DNA from: a virus
Taxonomy: Duplodnaviria; Caudoviricetes
Virus record (IMG/VR): IMGVR_UViG_3300045557_000058
Span: 1-56,444 of that record
DNA: 56,444 nucleotides
Strand: one strand, 5' to 3'
Part shown: positions 28,725 to 36,793 of the stretch, piece after piece
Layout: each line of letters starts with the position of its first letter
Numbering within the stretch: the stretch's first letter is position 1
Notes under the pieces: model-generated
What the model was told of the DNA's origin: nothing
The model's input: only the letters and a program-made list of their open reading frames with translations
Database searches by the model: none
Program-made: the position numbers and the translations under genes

Positions 28725-29039
28725 TCAATCCGTTTCCGGTATTGACGACTGTATTTCGGCCAGTGCGTTCTGGCCTCGATTGACAAGTCCGTGAAGGTGT
28801 TCAGCGAATAGATCGATGCCTAAAAGATGTCCGCGAATCACCATCAAATCATCGCTCGATGCCGCCTTGCGGAGCTTGTCTAGGACTTGCTGCTGCTCCT
28901 GCTGCAGCCAAGAGTTCAGCAATTCGCGGATCAATTCCGCCTGCTGCCCCAGGCTCACCCATTGCGCCAGCTCCTGCTGCCGCGACAATTCCTGCTGCTC
29001 TTTGCTGAGCAATTGCTGCCTGCTGGTCCTCTGCCTCAA
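28725..29039 (-). CDS. Small helical protein between portal and scaffold
   Basis: 104 aa helical ORF, TTG start preceded by GGAGG; overlaps portal 3' end by 191 nt. Confidence 0.5.
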   Translation of the reverse strand: MRQRTSRQQLLSKEQQELSRQQELAQWVSLGQQAELIRELLNSWLQQEQQQVLDKLRKAASSDDLMVIRGHLLGIDLFAEHLHGLVNRGQNALAEIQSSIPETD

Positions 29040-30912
29040 TGTCCTCCACCCTCTTTATAAAATCGTGTACGTTTTTAAAGCCCACGTTTTCAATGAGCTT
29101 GCCTGCGGCGTAAGCTACATGCGACCGTTTTGCAATGCCTGCATCAACCAGCTTTTCATACATACCAAGAAGCATTTGTAGGGATTGAATCTCTGCCGCC
29201 TTCGTGCCGGTGCCGATGCCGCTGTTTACGATAATGTCGATCTCGCCGCTGATATCGTCCGGCCTGACAATTCGCTGCTTGTTCGTTACACGCAGAACCG
29301 TTTGCTCGTCCAAAAACGTTTGATTCAGGTAAATCAAACGCCGAAACAGTTTGTTGTATCCTGTTTCGGCAGCTATTCTGGCAATGAGCGCTATTCGTTT
29401 ATTTGCGGCCTGCATGATCGCTTGAATACCTGTGGCCGTCTTGTTGAGACTATCTCTGTCGGTTCCTTGATTGTAGGCAGTAACGCCGACGCGGTTTTCC
29501 AGAATGTTTCTGGCGTATTCCATCAGCTTCAATACTTCCGGGCTGAATGGTTCTTCCGGGCTCCATTTACACACGGTATTTGGATCGCCGTTGATCTGCA
29601 CAACCTTGTGATTTCCGCGGATTTCCGCAGAGTCCCTGACCTTGTTATAGTCGATGAACAGCTGCCTATCGTTGTTCTTAATGACGTTGTAAGCCATTTG
29701 CAGCAGTAGAATCGTGCGAAGGTCTTGAATCTCACGAACCAGGTCAGCTATGCCGCGATGCGCCTGCATCTTGTGCGGGTCGCGCACGGCAGACAAGTCG
29801 ATGAACGGATGCCCGCCCATTGTGTTGACTTCGATTCGGACCGGCGTATCATTGGCCAGCGTCACAATCAGGTCGACAAGTTCCTCGTCCTCGTCGCTAA
29901 GCGACAGTTTTTCGTAGCACTCATATAAAACAACTTCTTTTCGTCCAGGGTCGTTGTCCGAATAACTTTCGTCTTTCACGCTTGCCTTATCGAGCATGAT
30001 TTCATACTGCGATTTTTTGATATCGCCGGCGCCTTCACGGGCTAGTGTGACGTTTTTGAATTTGCCCTGCTTTTCTTGTATACGCAGGAAAGATATAGTG
30101 ACAGGCTTGTGATGAATGACGTAGTTTGCATCTTCCAGCGTCTTTGCGTCCGGATCATAATACAGCTCGGTATTCGGTACGGTTTCTACTACCGGATGAT
30201 TCGCTGTACGTTTCCGCAGTAGGTACCGGACGTGATAAATGGCAAGCCCTGTTTCCGGATCCGGTGGGTTCGTTTGCTTCACCATTTCAACGGTAACAGC
30301 CGGGTCGTTTTTCAGTGATTCGAGTTCTTCATCGTTGAAAACTACCTCGTACCGCTTGTACGTTTCATCGCGTTTCCACCAAACTTTGAGCACACTGTAA
30401 TTTTCAATCAACATTGCCTTTAACCAGTCGAACGATTGCAGCCAGAACTGGTTCTTGCGGTTAAGCTGCCAGTCAATTACGTCCTCCATCGTCTCCGCTG
30501 GCCCGTCGTCCTCTTCTGTCGCGCCCTGCAGGTTGAGAATTTTTTCAGCACTGTGAAAAATCTCCATCAAAGAAGGCATGATCGACTCCACCGTGTCATG
30601 CACGGACGAATCGGACAGATCAAGGATGAAAACAAGGTCAGGGAATCGCTTTTTCAGGTCTGATTTGCTGGACCGGAACGCCTGCTGCCGCGCAATATAC
30701 TTCGGTTCCAATTCTGTTTCATAGTATTTCTTGCCGCGCGATCGATCTTGCTTCACTTGCTCGACGATGCGCTCGATTTGCGCTTGATCCAGAACGTCTA
30801 ACAGGTTGACGCCTTTCAGCTTTTCGAACTGTTCTTCCTTTGTCGACGTGTCAGCGGGTTTGGTATCCCCGACGGTATCCTGTGCTGGATTCTGTACGTC
30901 CTCTAATGTCAT
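28849..30912 (-). CDS. Portal protein
   Basis: ~687 aa; VHDTVESIMPSLMEIF, NKTATGI, RIALIAR, GEIDIIVNSGIG; start refined to ATG 30912 (SD GGGGG). Confidence 0.88.
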   Translation of the reverse strand: MTLEDVQNPAQDTVGDTKPADTSTKEEQFEKLKGVNLLDVLDQAQIERIVEQVKQDRSRGKKYYETELEPKYIARQQAFRSSKSDLKKRFPDLVFILDLSDSSVHDTVESIMPSLMEIFHSAEKILNLQGATEEDDGPAETMEDVIDWQLNRKNQFWLQSFDWLKAMLIENYSVLKVWWKRDETYKRYEVVFNDEELESLKNDPAVTVEMVKQTNPPDPETGLAIYHVRYLLRKRTANHPVVETVPNTELYYDPDAKTLEDANYVIHHKPVTISFLRIQEKQGKFKNVTLAREGAGDIKKSQYEIMLDKASVKDESYSDNDPGRKEVVLYECYEKLSLSDEDEELVDLIVTLANDTPVRIEVNTMGGHPFIDLSAVRDPHKMQAHRGIADLVREIQDLRTILLLQMAYNVIKNNDRQLFIDYNKVRDSAEIRGNHKVVQINGDPNTVCKWSPEEPFSPEVLKLMEYARNILENRVGVTAYNQGTDRDSLNKTATGIQAIMQAANKRIALIARIAAETGYNKLFRRLIYLNQTFLDEQTVLRVTNKQRIVRPDDISGEIDIIVNSGIGTGTKAAEIQSLQMLLGMYEKLVDAGIAKRSHVAYAAGKLIENVGFKNVHDFIKRVEDIEAEDQQAAIAQQRAAGIVAAAGAGAMGEPGAAGGIDPRIAELLAAAGAAASPRQAPQGGIER

Positions 30913-31717
30913 TGGAGATACCCCCTTGTAGTCTGTTTTCAAACGGTTTGGCGTTCGTTACGCCAAAAATGAAAGCAGCCATATATTGAATGGTGTCCAT
31001 AATGTGAGTAAACATGTTATCTGCCGGCTCTTCCGTGAAGATTCCTGCCACTTCCTTGCGTTGGTAGCCGCCGCGAAAGCCGCCAATAATGTACTGCTCG
31101 CAGCGCGGATCAATCAGCAGCATCGGTTCACCGTCCGGCGTGAGTGTTATCAGCAGTTTGCGCAATGCTTCGTCGCGCTTGGTTAATGTGACCTCGCCAG
31201 CCATTACGTTGATTTCGTATTCTGCACGAAGAATGTCATTGCAGCTCTTCTCGTCTGTTTGTGTCCGTGCATTGCCAGCCGGATCACCTACATCGCTAAA
31301 AGAAAAGCCCGGAAACCAAACTTGGCTTTCAGACTTAACGACTTTACCGTGTGCAGTTATGCCAACACCTTCGGATTGCATTTCAGGGTGCAATATGAGC
31401 AGCTGCCCTTTCGGGCTGACTTGGCCGAATGATGTTGCCGGCGTAAGCCCGTAGTCCCACGCACGACAAATCGGCCTGCCAGGAATCGGCTTAATCGGCT
31501 CTTTCGCGACGTGCAGATTGTATTGAAACTCTGGATACCACGGCTTGCCGCGCGGCGCGTTGAAATTGATGTTGTATTCTCGTTCAAAGTCCTGTTCACT
31601 CATGCCGCGCCTAGCCTCCGCTTCAAACTCCGGCGTGCGCTTCTCCGTATCCGCTGTGTAGTGAATCCGCAGAACGTGAACGCCCTGGGGCGTTTTGTGT
31701 TCGGTTATACCTTCCAT
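30851..31717 (-). CDS. terL: Terminase large subunit, C-terminal part (nuclease domain)
   Basis: LRIHYTAD, FEREYNINF, RAWDYGLTPA, GDPAG, HIMDTIQY (RNase H-like acidic motifs). Confidence 0.85.
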   Translation of the reverse strand: MEGITEHKTPQGVHVLRIHYTADTEKRTPEFEAEARRGMSEQDFEREYNINFNAPRGKPWYPEFQYNLHVAKEPIKPIPGRPICRAWDYGLTPATSFGQVSPKGQLLILHPEMQSEGVGITAHGKVVKSESQVWFPGFSFSDVGDPAGNARTQTDEKSCNDILRAEYEINVMAGEVTLTKRDEALRKLLITLTPDGEPMLLIDPRCEQYIIGGFRGGYQRKEVAGIFTEEPADNMFTHIMDTIQYMAAFIFGVTNAKPFENRLQGGISNDIRGRTESSTGYRRGYQTR

Positions 31718-32022
31718 AGCCGCACCTTTAGAACGGGGTACCAGCCGAAACTAAAGTAGTGTTTTTGTGGCCAATCATGCAACAACCAGCCAATCGTCGG
31801 ACAATACCGCCACTCACCGGCCTCGTTAAACGTCCACGAAAACCCGGTTATTCTATTTTCGAAGTAGTACATATCCCGCCATACACATAATGGAATGGGT
31901 ATCATCTTCCCGAAGAAAAAGAATTGGTATGTCGTTAATAGTCGGCAAAAACTGAACCATTTTGGATTTGTCTGTTTATGCAGCCATAAATAGCGTTTGA
32001 TAAATGCTTTGAGCTTTTTCAT
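31705..32022 (-). CDS. Hypothetical aromatic-rich protein inserted between terminase halves
   Basis: 105 aa ORF tightly coupled to neighbours. Confidence 0.55.
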   Translation of the reverse strand: MKKLKAFIKRYLWLHKQTNPKWFSFCRLLTTYQFFFFGKMIPIPLCVWRDMYYFENRITGFSWTFNEAGEWRYCPTIGWLLHDWPQKHYFSFGWYPVLKVRLWKV

Positions 32023-32023
32023 G

Positions 32024-32263
32024 TCAGACTTCCTCCAAGTTGTCCGCGACCATTTGCATGCAAAAGTCAGCCTGCATGTGACCGATCAACTCGCCGCGCT
32101 CGCCAAAGTCTGCATGGTAAGCCGTTGCCACTGTGCCGTCCTTCATTTTGATTGCAGCTGCCATCGTTACCAGTTCATCATTATCAACCATGCGCTGCAG
32201 CTCTGCTATAAGCTGACGTATGCCAGCCCCTTTGCCAATGTGAACTATCTTTGCCATGATCAT
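32024..32263 (-). CDS. Hypothetical protein inserted between terminase halves
   Basis: 79 aa, SD AAGGAGG. Confidence 0.7.
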   Translation of the reverse strand: MIMAKIVHIGKGAGIRQLIAELQRMVDNDELVTMAAAIKMKDGTVATAYHADFGERGELIGHMQADFCMQMVADNLEEV

Positions 32264-32310
32264 GCCTCCTTGTTATAGGAATGGACTTGACGATCATCAA
32301 GCCCTTCCAT

Positions 32311-32976
32311 TTATAACTTGCCAGTGACAAGCTCTTGAAAGAATCCGGCGTTAGCCGAACTAACGGCAGTGATCTTGCCGCCGCCCTGCATTGTCGGTTT
32401 GAGTGCTCCCCATGTTTGACGTCCCCATTCCCAGAACGCGACCTCGTCCAGCATGACATAGGACGCAGTATACTGGCGCATTTGATCCGGTCCCTGTCCG
32501 ATGCCGAATATCTGGCTGCCGTTGCTGAACCGGATAAGCGGCGGTGCTCCCTTGATCGACTTTATCTTTGGCCACGCGTACCCATCCGGTAAACGACGAT
32601 ACATAAACAAAAGGCGCTCTGGACCAATCAGGTACGCAGAGTCGCCTTCTTTTTTGCTTTGAATGAAAATTGCCGATCTTGGACGAAACAGCGCGGCCCA
32701 TAAATGCAAGGCCAGCAGAATCCAGGTCAGCAGCATACGCCTGCTTTTGGGAATGGCCAGCAGGTTTTCCCGCATCCATACTATGCAGACGTGATGCAAA
32801 TATTCCTTATCAGGAAACTGTTTAATCTTGCCGCCGTCGGCTTCGTCGATTGTCCAGCAGCACTCCTTGATAAACTCCCACGGGTCAGTAGCCCACCGTT
32901 TCATATCCTCGCGGCGTTTCTTTTCCCGCAGCAGTTTCAGCTTGCGCTCTTTATCTCTCCTATCCACCAAGCTCAC
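32311..32976 (-). CDS. terL: Terminase large subunit, N-terminal ATPase part
   Basis: PKSRRMLLTW (Walker A variant), FSNGSQI, VMLDEVAFW (Walker B), VSSAN coupling motif. Confidence 0.85.
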   Translation of the reverse strand: MSLVDRRDKERKLKLLREKKRREDMKRWATDPWEFIKECCWTIDEADGGKIKQFPDKEYLHHVCIVWMRENLLAIPKSRRMLLTWILLALHLWAALFRPRSAIFIQSKKEGDSAYLIGPERLLFMYRRLPDGYAWPKIKSIKGAPPLIRFSNGSQIFGIGQGPDQMRQYTASYVMLDEVAFWEWGRQTWGALKPTMQGGGKITAVSSANAGFFQELVTGKL

Positions 32977-33385
32977 GAAGCTCGGCTTCTAATTCCTCAT
33001 CTGTTAGTCCGCCAAGATCATCATCTTTGTCTGGATCACCGGCCCCTGAAAATTTCAGCCTGGTATCAATGACTTTGTTCAGCCGGTCGATGCACATTAG
33101 CTTTTGCCCAACCTTCAAATCGGGGCTATTGCGTAAGTCATTGAGCTGGTTGCGCATATCTTCCAGTATTTCAAGGTCAGTTGTGACTGTCTTTTTAATG
33201 TGTTCAGTCACGACTTCCTTTGTCATGCCGGCGCGTTCGTCGCGATTCGATTTAACAAGATTGCCGATTGTCGCGCTGCTCAATTTGATTCCTTGACTGT
33301 CTAATATTGTCTGAATCTGTCTAATTGAGTGTGTGGCCGACAGACCCATGATAATACTTGCGATTTGCTCAGTTACCTTTGCCAT
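32960..33385 (-). CDS. terS: Terminase small subunit (putative)
   Basis: N-terminal HTH-like, helical core, LTDEELE tail; directly upstream of terL ATPase gene. Confidence 0.7.
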   Translation of the reverse strand: MAKVTEQIASIIMGLSATHSIRQIQTILDSQGIKLSSATIGNLVKSNRDERAGMTKEVVTEHIKKTVTTDLEILEDMRNQLNDLRNSPDLKVGQKLMCIDRLNKVIDTRLKFSGAGDPDKDDDLGGLTDEELEAELRELGG

Positions 33386-33421
33386 ACTGCCCAGCTCCCC
33401 GTCTAATTTGTGTCCAGCTGT

Positions 33422-33643
33422 CTAAAAGACAGATGCACTTTTCAGCGCCGACTGAACCGCGCTCATCTGAATCTTAATGTAAGCCGTCTGCGCTTTCACG
33501 ACAGCCAGCTTTCCGTCAACGTCCGCCTTCTGCTTCAACAACCCCGTCGACTTCTCACCCAGCCCGCGCAACGCTTCTGCCATTTCGAGCAGTTCCCGCT
33601 GCATCGCCGCAACGTCAACAGACTGCCTTTCTTCATTCGTCAC
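33422..33643 (-). CDS. Small coiled-coil protein
   Basis: Start refined to GTG 33643 with SD GGGAGGG. Confidence 0.55.
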   Translation of the reverse strand: MTNEERQSVDVAAMQRELLEMAEALRGLGEKSTGLLKQKADVDGKLAVVKAQTAYIKIQMSAVQSALKSASVF

Positions 33644-33668
33644 GGTAAGACCCTCCCGCCGATCTTGA

Positions 33669-33884
33669 TCATTTGAACACCTTCCCGCGCCCCTGCGTGT
33701 ATCCGTGGCTGCCATGAATTACGCCGGGATTGTTGCTACCAGGGTACTGCGTCATTAATTTGTTGACGCCTTCCTGTCCTTGACAGGTTCCGTTCTCGTC
33801 AACTTTGAGATTCTTTCGCGTGCAATGGCCGTTTGAGAATCGCCAGACACAATCTTTGTTTTCGCAGGTAATATGGACTGCCAT
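33669..33884 (-). CDS. Small Cys-rich protein (DUF1540-like)
   Basis: C-x4-C-x7-C...C; SD GGAGG. Confidence 0.55.
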   Translation of the reverse strand: MAVHITCENKDCVWRFSNGHCTRKNLKVDENGTCQGQEGVNKLMTQYPGSNNPGVIHGSHGYTQGRGKVFK

Positions 33885-33906
33885 TATTTACCCTCCAACG
33901 CAAGCA

Positions 33907-33966
33907 AAAAGGCCAGACGTTTTCGTCCAGCCTTCTCGTGCGACAACTTTAATTGATCTCATTATA
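33907..33966 (-). promoter_or_regulatory. Putative late promoter (-10 TATAAT, no consensus -35) followed by terminator-like hairpin
   Basis: TATAAT on minus at 33961-33966; hairpin AAGGCTGGACG-AAAA-CGTCTGGCCTT+TTT at ~33907-33934; upstream of packaging genes. Confidence 0.45.
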
Positions 33967-34159
33967 TTCAATACAGTAGTGCTTATCAACACAGGGATGA
34001 TGAACGGAAGTCTTTTTGTTATCTCGCTTTGCTCGGCCTTCGGCTCGCCCATCCGAAATTATTTGCCAAACAAACCGGTCTTTTCTGTCTCTCCCTGGTG
34101 GCAAATCATCATTTAAGCCCGTACTTTCGCCACTGTTAAAAATTACCTTCTATGCCCTA

Positions 34160-34189
34160 TTGACATGTATGTATGTACTAATGTACACT
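34160..34189 (+). promoter_or_regulatory. SigmaA/70-type promoter of the divergent island
   Basis: TTGACA (34160-34165), 18 bp, TACACT (34184-34189); spacer carries TGTA x3. Confidence 0.75.
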
Positions 34190-34195
34190 TTAATT

Positions 34196-34326
34196 AATTC
34201 AAAGGGGCTCCTTGACAACTGAACCGGAACTGAACCAGCTGACAGGCTAGGCGAGCGGATGGGAACCTCTGAACCCCATTGGCCACGACCCGAACCAGCG
34301 CAGCCAGGCAGAACCGGACATTCGTC
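34196..34326 (+). ncRNA. Candidate small RNA released by ribozyme cleavage, carrying six GAACC motifs
   Basis: No plausible sense ORF; GAACC at 34221, 34232, 34263, 34271, 34292, 34311; 5' end inferred from promoter, 3' end from hammerhead cleavage site. Confidence 0.45.
34207..34224 (+). promoter_or_regulatory. boxA-like antitermination element
   Basis: GCTCCTTGACAACTGAAC resembles rrn/nut boxA (GCTCTTT(G/A)A(A/C)A); ~10 nt after predicted TSS. Confidence 0.5.
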
Positions 34327-34369
34327 ACCGGACACGGTTTGATAAGTCCCTGCAATGGGACGAAACGAA
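34321..34369 (+). ncRNA. Type III hammerhead ribozyme (U3-A8 core variant)
   Basis: Stem III TTCGT/ACGAA; GUC cleavage triplet (C34326); stem I ACCG-GACA-CGGT; core TTGATAA; stem II GTCCC-TGCAAT-GGGAC; GAAA. Confidence 0.88.
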
Positions 34370-34382
34370 GGGAGAGATTGAA

Positions 34383-34607
34383 ATGATTCAAAAGAAAATA
34401 GTGTCAGTGGTCCTACCTGGGTTCTACTCGGAAAACGCTGCCAAAAAGATCAAGCAAACTTTTACAAATGCCACATATATGAATTTCGTTATTGAGTACA
34501 GCAATTTCGCTAATAACTGCTCGATTACCGTCAGCACCGATTGCCCCAGAACAACAAAAAAGGAACTTTATGACATGTTCGTGTTCTGTGCGCTAAACAA
34601 CATTTGA
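34383..34607 (+). CDS. Hypothetical protein, first gene of divergent island
   Basis: 74 aa; SD GGGAGAG directly after ribozyme. Confidence 0.7.
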   Translation: MIQKKIVSVVLPGFYSENAAKKIKQTFTNATYMNFVIEYSNFANNCSITVSTDCPRTTKKELYDMFVFCALNNI

Positions 34608-34621
34608 AAGGAATGATTGAA

Positions 34622-34996
34622 ATGGCAAACAAAGAAATCCTGCAACTCATTAAGGAGCGCAAACAGCAAACCAGCGATCTCGTCAGATACGCCAACCCCA
34701 AAAGCAAGACTCGCCCCTGCATCGAAAGGGTACTGCAAATCGTCAGCGCCAAGATTCCATACAAAGGACTCACCCGCCCGGTAGTAACCAGCGCAGCCGT
34801 CACTTATTACAGTCGAAACCAAATTATCAAGACAGCCCGCTTTCGCGTCGAAACTGCTTTCCACGGTGCATGGGAAATATCAGCTTATCAACACCTGAAA
34901 GGACGATCAAAGGAAGAGCGGCAGGCAGACAATAACAGCACATTCCCGAGCGGGCTCTTCACCATCTTCGCAGACAGAATTAAGGAGGGTGTTTGA
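34622..34996 (+). CDS. Hypothetical basic protein
   Basis: Start refined to ATG 34622 (SD AAGGA). Confidence 0.65.
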   Translation: MANKEILQLIKERKQQTSDLVRYANPKSKTRPCIERVLQIVSAKIPYKGLTRPVVTSAAVTYYSRNQIIKTARFRVETAFHGAWEISAYQHLKGRSKEERQADNNSTFPSGLFTIFADRIKEGV

Positions 34997-35207
34997 AATG
35001 GCAATGACGGAAAAAGGAATCTCAACCACGATCTCACCGGGACAAGAGCAATATGAAACCTTCAAAAGTCACCTGAACAAAAAACCTTACGTCATGTACG
35101 ACTACCGCGATCACGACGGGCAGCTCTTCTCCTGCGTTCGCCCTACTCTCAGCCAGTGCCGTACGGAACGAGATTATTGGCTGTCACGAAAGCAAGTAGC
35201 TTCATAG
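34989..35207 (+). CDS. DUF3873-like small protein
   Basis: GQEQYETF...YDYRDHDGQLFSCV.PTL..CR..RD.WL pattern. Confidence 0.6.
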   Translation: MFEMAMTEKGISTTISPGQEQYETFKSHLNKKPYVMYDYRDHDGQLFSCVRPTLSQCRTERDYWLSRKQVAS

Positions 35208-35276
35208 GCAGGGTGGGTTTAGGCCCTGTGCGGCGCCGGGAGGCGCGTACCCAAAAAATCTAAAAGGGGTGTTGTT

Positions 35277-35717
35277 ATGTATAATCTGCCAAAAGTTAAA
35301 GTCCAGCTCGTCAAAGACGGCAATATCAAAATTGAACAGCGCCCGGTGATTCTGTCGCCGGACGACGTAGCCGCGATCATGTACCCTGTCGTCGAACTGC
35401 TGGCTGAAGAACACAGTTACGCGCTGCTGCTAAACATCAAAAACCGCGTCAATGCAATTCACGAAGTCAGTATCGGCTCTCTTGGTGCAGCAATTATCCA
35501 TCCGCGTGAAGTATTCAGGGCGGCGATTTTATCAAACGCTGCATCCATTATCTTGGTCCATAACCATCCCAGCGGCGACCCGACGCCCAGCCCCGAAGAT
35601 GTAGATTTGACAAAAAGATTGGTTGAAGCCGGATCCTTGATTGATATCCCTATACTGGATCATATCATCGTCTGTCCTGGGCGGTATGCTAGTTTAAAAG
35701 AAAGGGGCGTGTTGTAA
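35277..35717 (+). CDS. radC: RadC-like JAB/MPN domain protein
   Basis: HPREVF, ILVHNHPSGDPTPSPED, LDHIIV; JAB domain only. Confidence 0.92.
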   Translation: MYNLPKVKVQLVKDGNIKIEQRPVILSPDDVAAIMYPVVELLAEEHSYALLLNIKNRVNAIHEVSIGSLGAAIIHPREVFRAAILSNAASIILVHNHPSGDPTPSPEDVDLTKRLVEAGSLIDIPILDHIIVCPGRYASLKERGVL

Positions 35718-35718
35718 C

Positions 35719-35916
35719 ATGGAAGAAAAAAGCATCTTTGCAAACATCGATTTTCAAAACCCTGACGAATCATTTGACAAAGCAATCGAAGAAGGCCGGC
35801 TCTCTGCCGACAGGGACGCTGCAAACTACGCCGGAAACTATATGTACATGGGCCATGTTGAAGGCGTTGCACAGTTCAAACACATCGACACTCGCATCTA
35901 TCTGGGGAGGGATTGA
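35719..35916 (+). CDS. Hypothetical small protein
   Basis: 65 aa, coupled to RadC-like gene; YMYMG...FKHIDTR. Confidence 0.7.
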   Translation: MEEKSIFANIDFQNPDESFDKAIEEGRLSADRDAANYAGNYMYMGHVEGVAQFKHIDTRIYLGRD

Positions 35917-35917
35917 T

Positions 35918-36163
35918 ATGAACAACTATAGAATCGTGGTAAAAGCCAACGTCGGTTTTACCATCGCAGCCAGCAGCGAAGCCGAAGCGATTACCAAAGC
36001 AAACCTGTTCCGTGACGAAATGACCGAGATCAACACTGTCGAAAACATGATCATTGAAGATGATTCAATTTGCGGCCAGACCATCACCATATCCGGCGTT
36101 GCTGTTTACCTGGACGAAGAAATCACCGCTGACGATATCGAAGATACGGAGGAAGAATCATGA
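35918..36163 (+). CDS. Small acidic protein
   Basis: Start refined to ATG 35918 (SD GGGAGG); D/E-rich C-terminus. Confidence 0.7.
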   Translation: MNNYRIVVKANVGFTIAASSEAEAITKANLFRDEMTEINTVENMIIEDDSICGQTITISGVAVYLDEEITADDIEDTEEES

Positions 36164-36258
36164 CCAGAAAGCTGCTGCGCAAAGACTCTGACGCCCAAGA
36201 TTGGGAACTTTGTTTAACGTTCGTTGCTACCTTTTGCTTTCTTCTGGCCTGTCGGTAG
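36160..36258 (+). CDS. 32-aa peptide with hydrophobic C-terminus
   Basis: ATGA overlap with upstream stop, SD GGAGG; MTRKLLRKDSDAQDWELCLTFVATFCFLLACR; below ORF-track cutoff. Confidence 0.45.
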   Translation: MTRKLLRKDSDAQDWELCLTFVATFCFLLACR

Positions 36259-36306
36259 CAGGAAAACCTAGTTTAGCGATGAATACATACATAAAATAAA
36301 AAAGGA

Positions 36307-36789
36307 GTGTTGCAAATGTTTATGAATCTAAAAAACGGCGAACTGTCAATCAATACTTATCGGCTGCCGGACGCACTATCTGTCGAGCAAGAAGATGTAA
36401 TTGAAAACTTTTTAGGCGAAACAGGGAAAACAATGACCGCCATTGTCAGCATGACCGTCGAATATGAAGGGAAAACATATTACCTGGCACAACAAGCGTA
36501 CTGCGAAAATTACGGCACTGACGGCGAGGTCCGATACTATGCCGACGCTGTTGACGAAAACGGCGAACAATATAAGGTTGTTTGGGATACTACTGTTGCA
36601 TGGGATAACGGAAACGAAGTTGCTGCCATTGAAATGAAACTGAAAGATCGTCGGTATTTTACTGACGAAGAAGTTGCCAAAATGGAAGATCGGCTAAAAG
36701 AGATTGGCGATAACTATGCAGACATTGAAGATGAATCCGGTGCCTGTGATTGGGATAGCCCGGCAAACGTGTACAAATTAGGAGCGTGA
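36307..36789 (+). CDS. Acidic hypothetical protein
   Basis: 160 aa D/E-rich; SD AAGGAG; DES.ACDW motif. Confidence 0.7.
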   Translation: MLQMFMNLKNGELSINTYRLPDALSVEQEDVIENFLGETGKTMTAIVSMTVEYEGKTYYLAQQAYCENYGTDGEVRYYADAVDENGEQYKVVWDTTVAWDNGNEVAAIEMKLKDRRYFTDEEVAKMEDRLKEIGDNYADIEDESGACDWDSPANVYKLGA

Positions 36790-36793
36790 TATT

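Noticed and set aside
31718-32310. Group I/II intron, intein or IS interrupting terL
   Set aside because: No recognisable intron core, homing nuclease motif, terminal repeats or transposase; the gap is filled by two SD-bearing or coupled ORFs (not excluded without RT-PCR)
34212-34217. Second TTGACA as another -35 element
   Set aside because: No -10-like hexamer 16-18 bp downstream; it is embedded in the boxA-like motif
34150-34391. Minus-strand 61-aa and 65-aa ORFs across the leader and ribozyme
   Set aside because: No convincing SD or protein-like features; the region is better explained by + strand promoter and RNA elements
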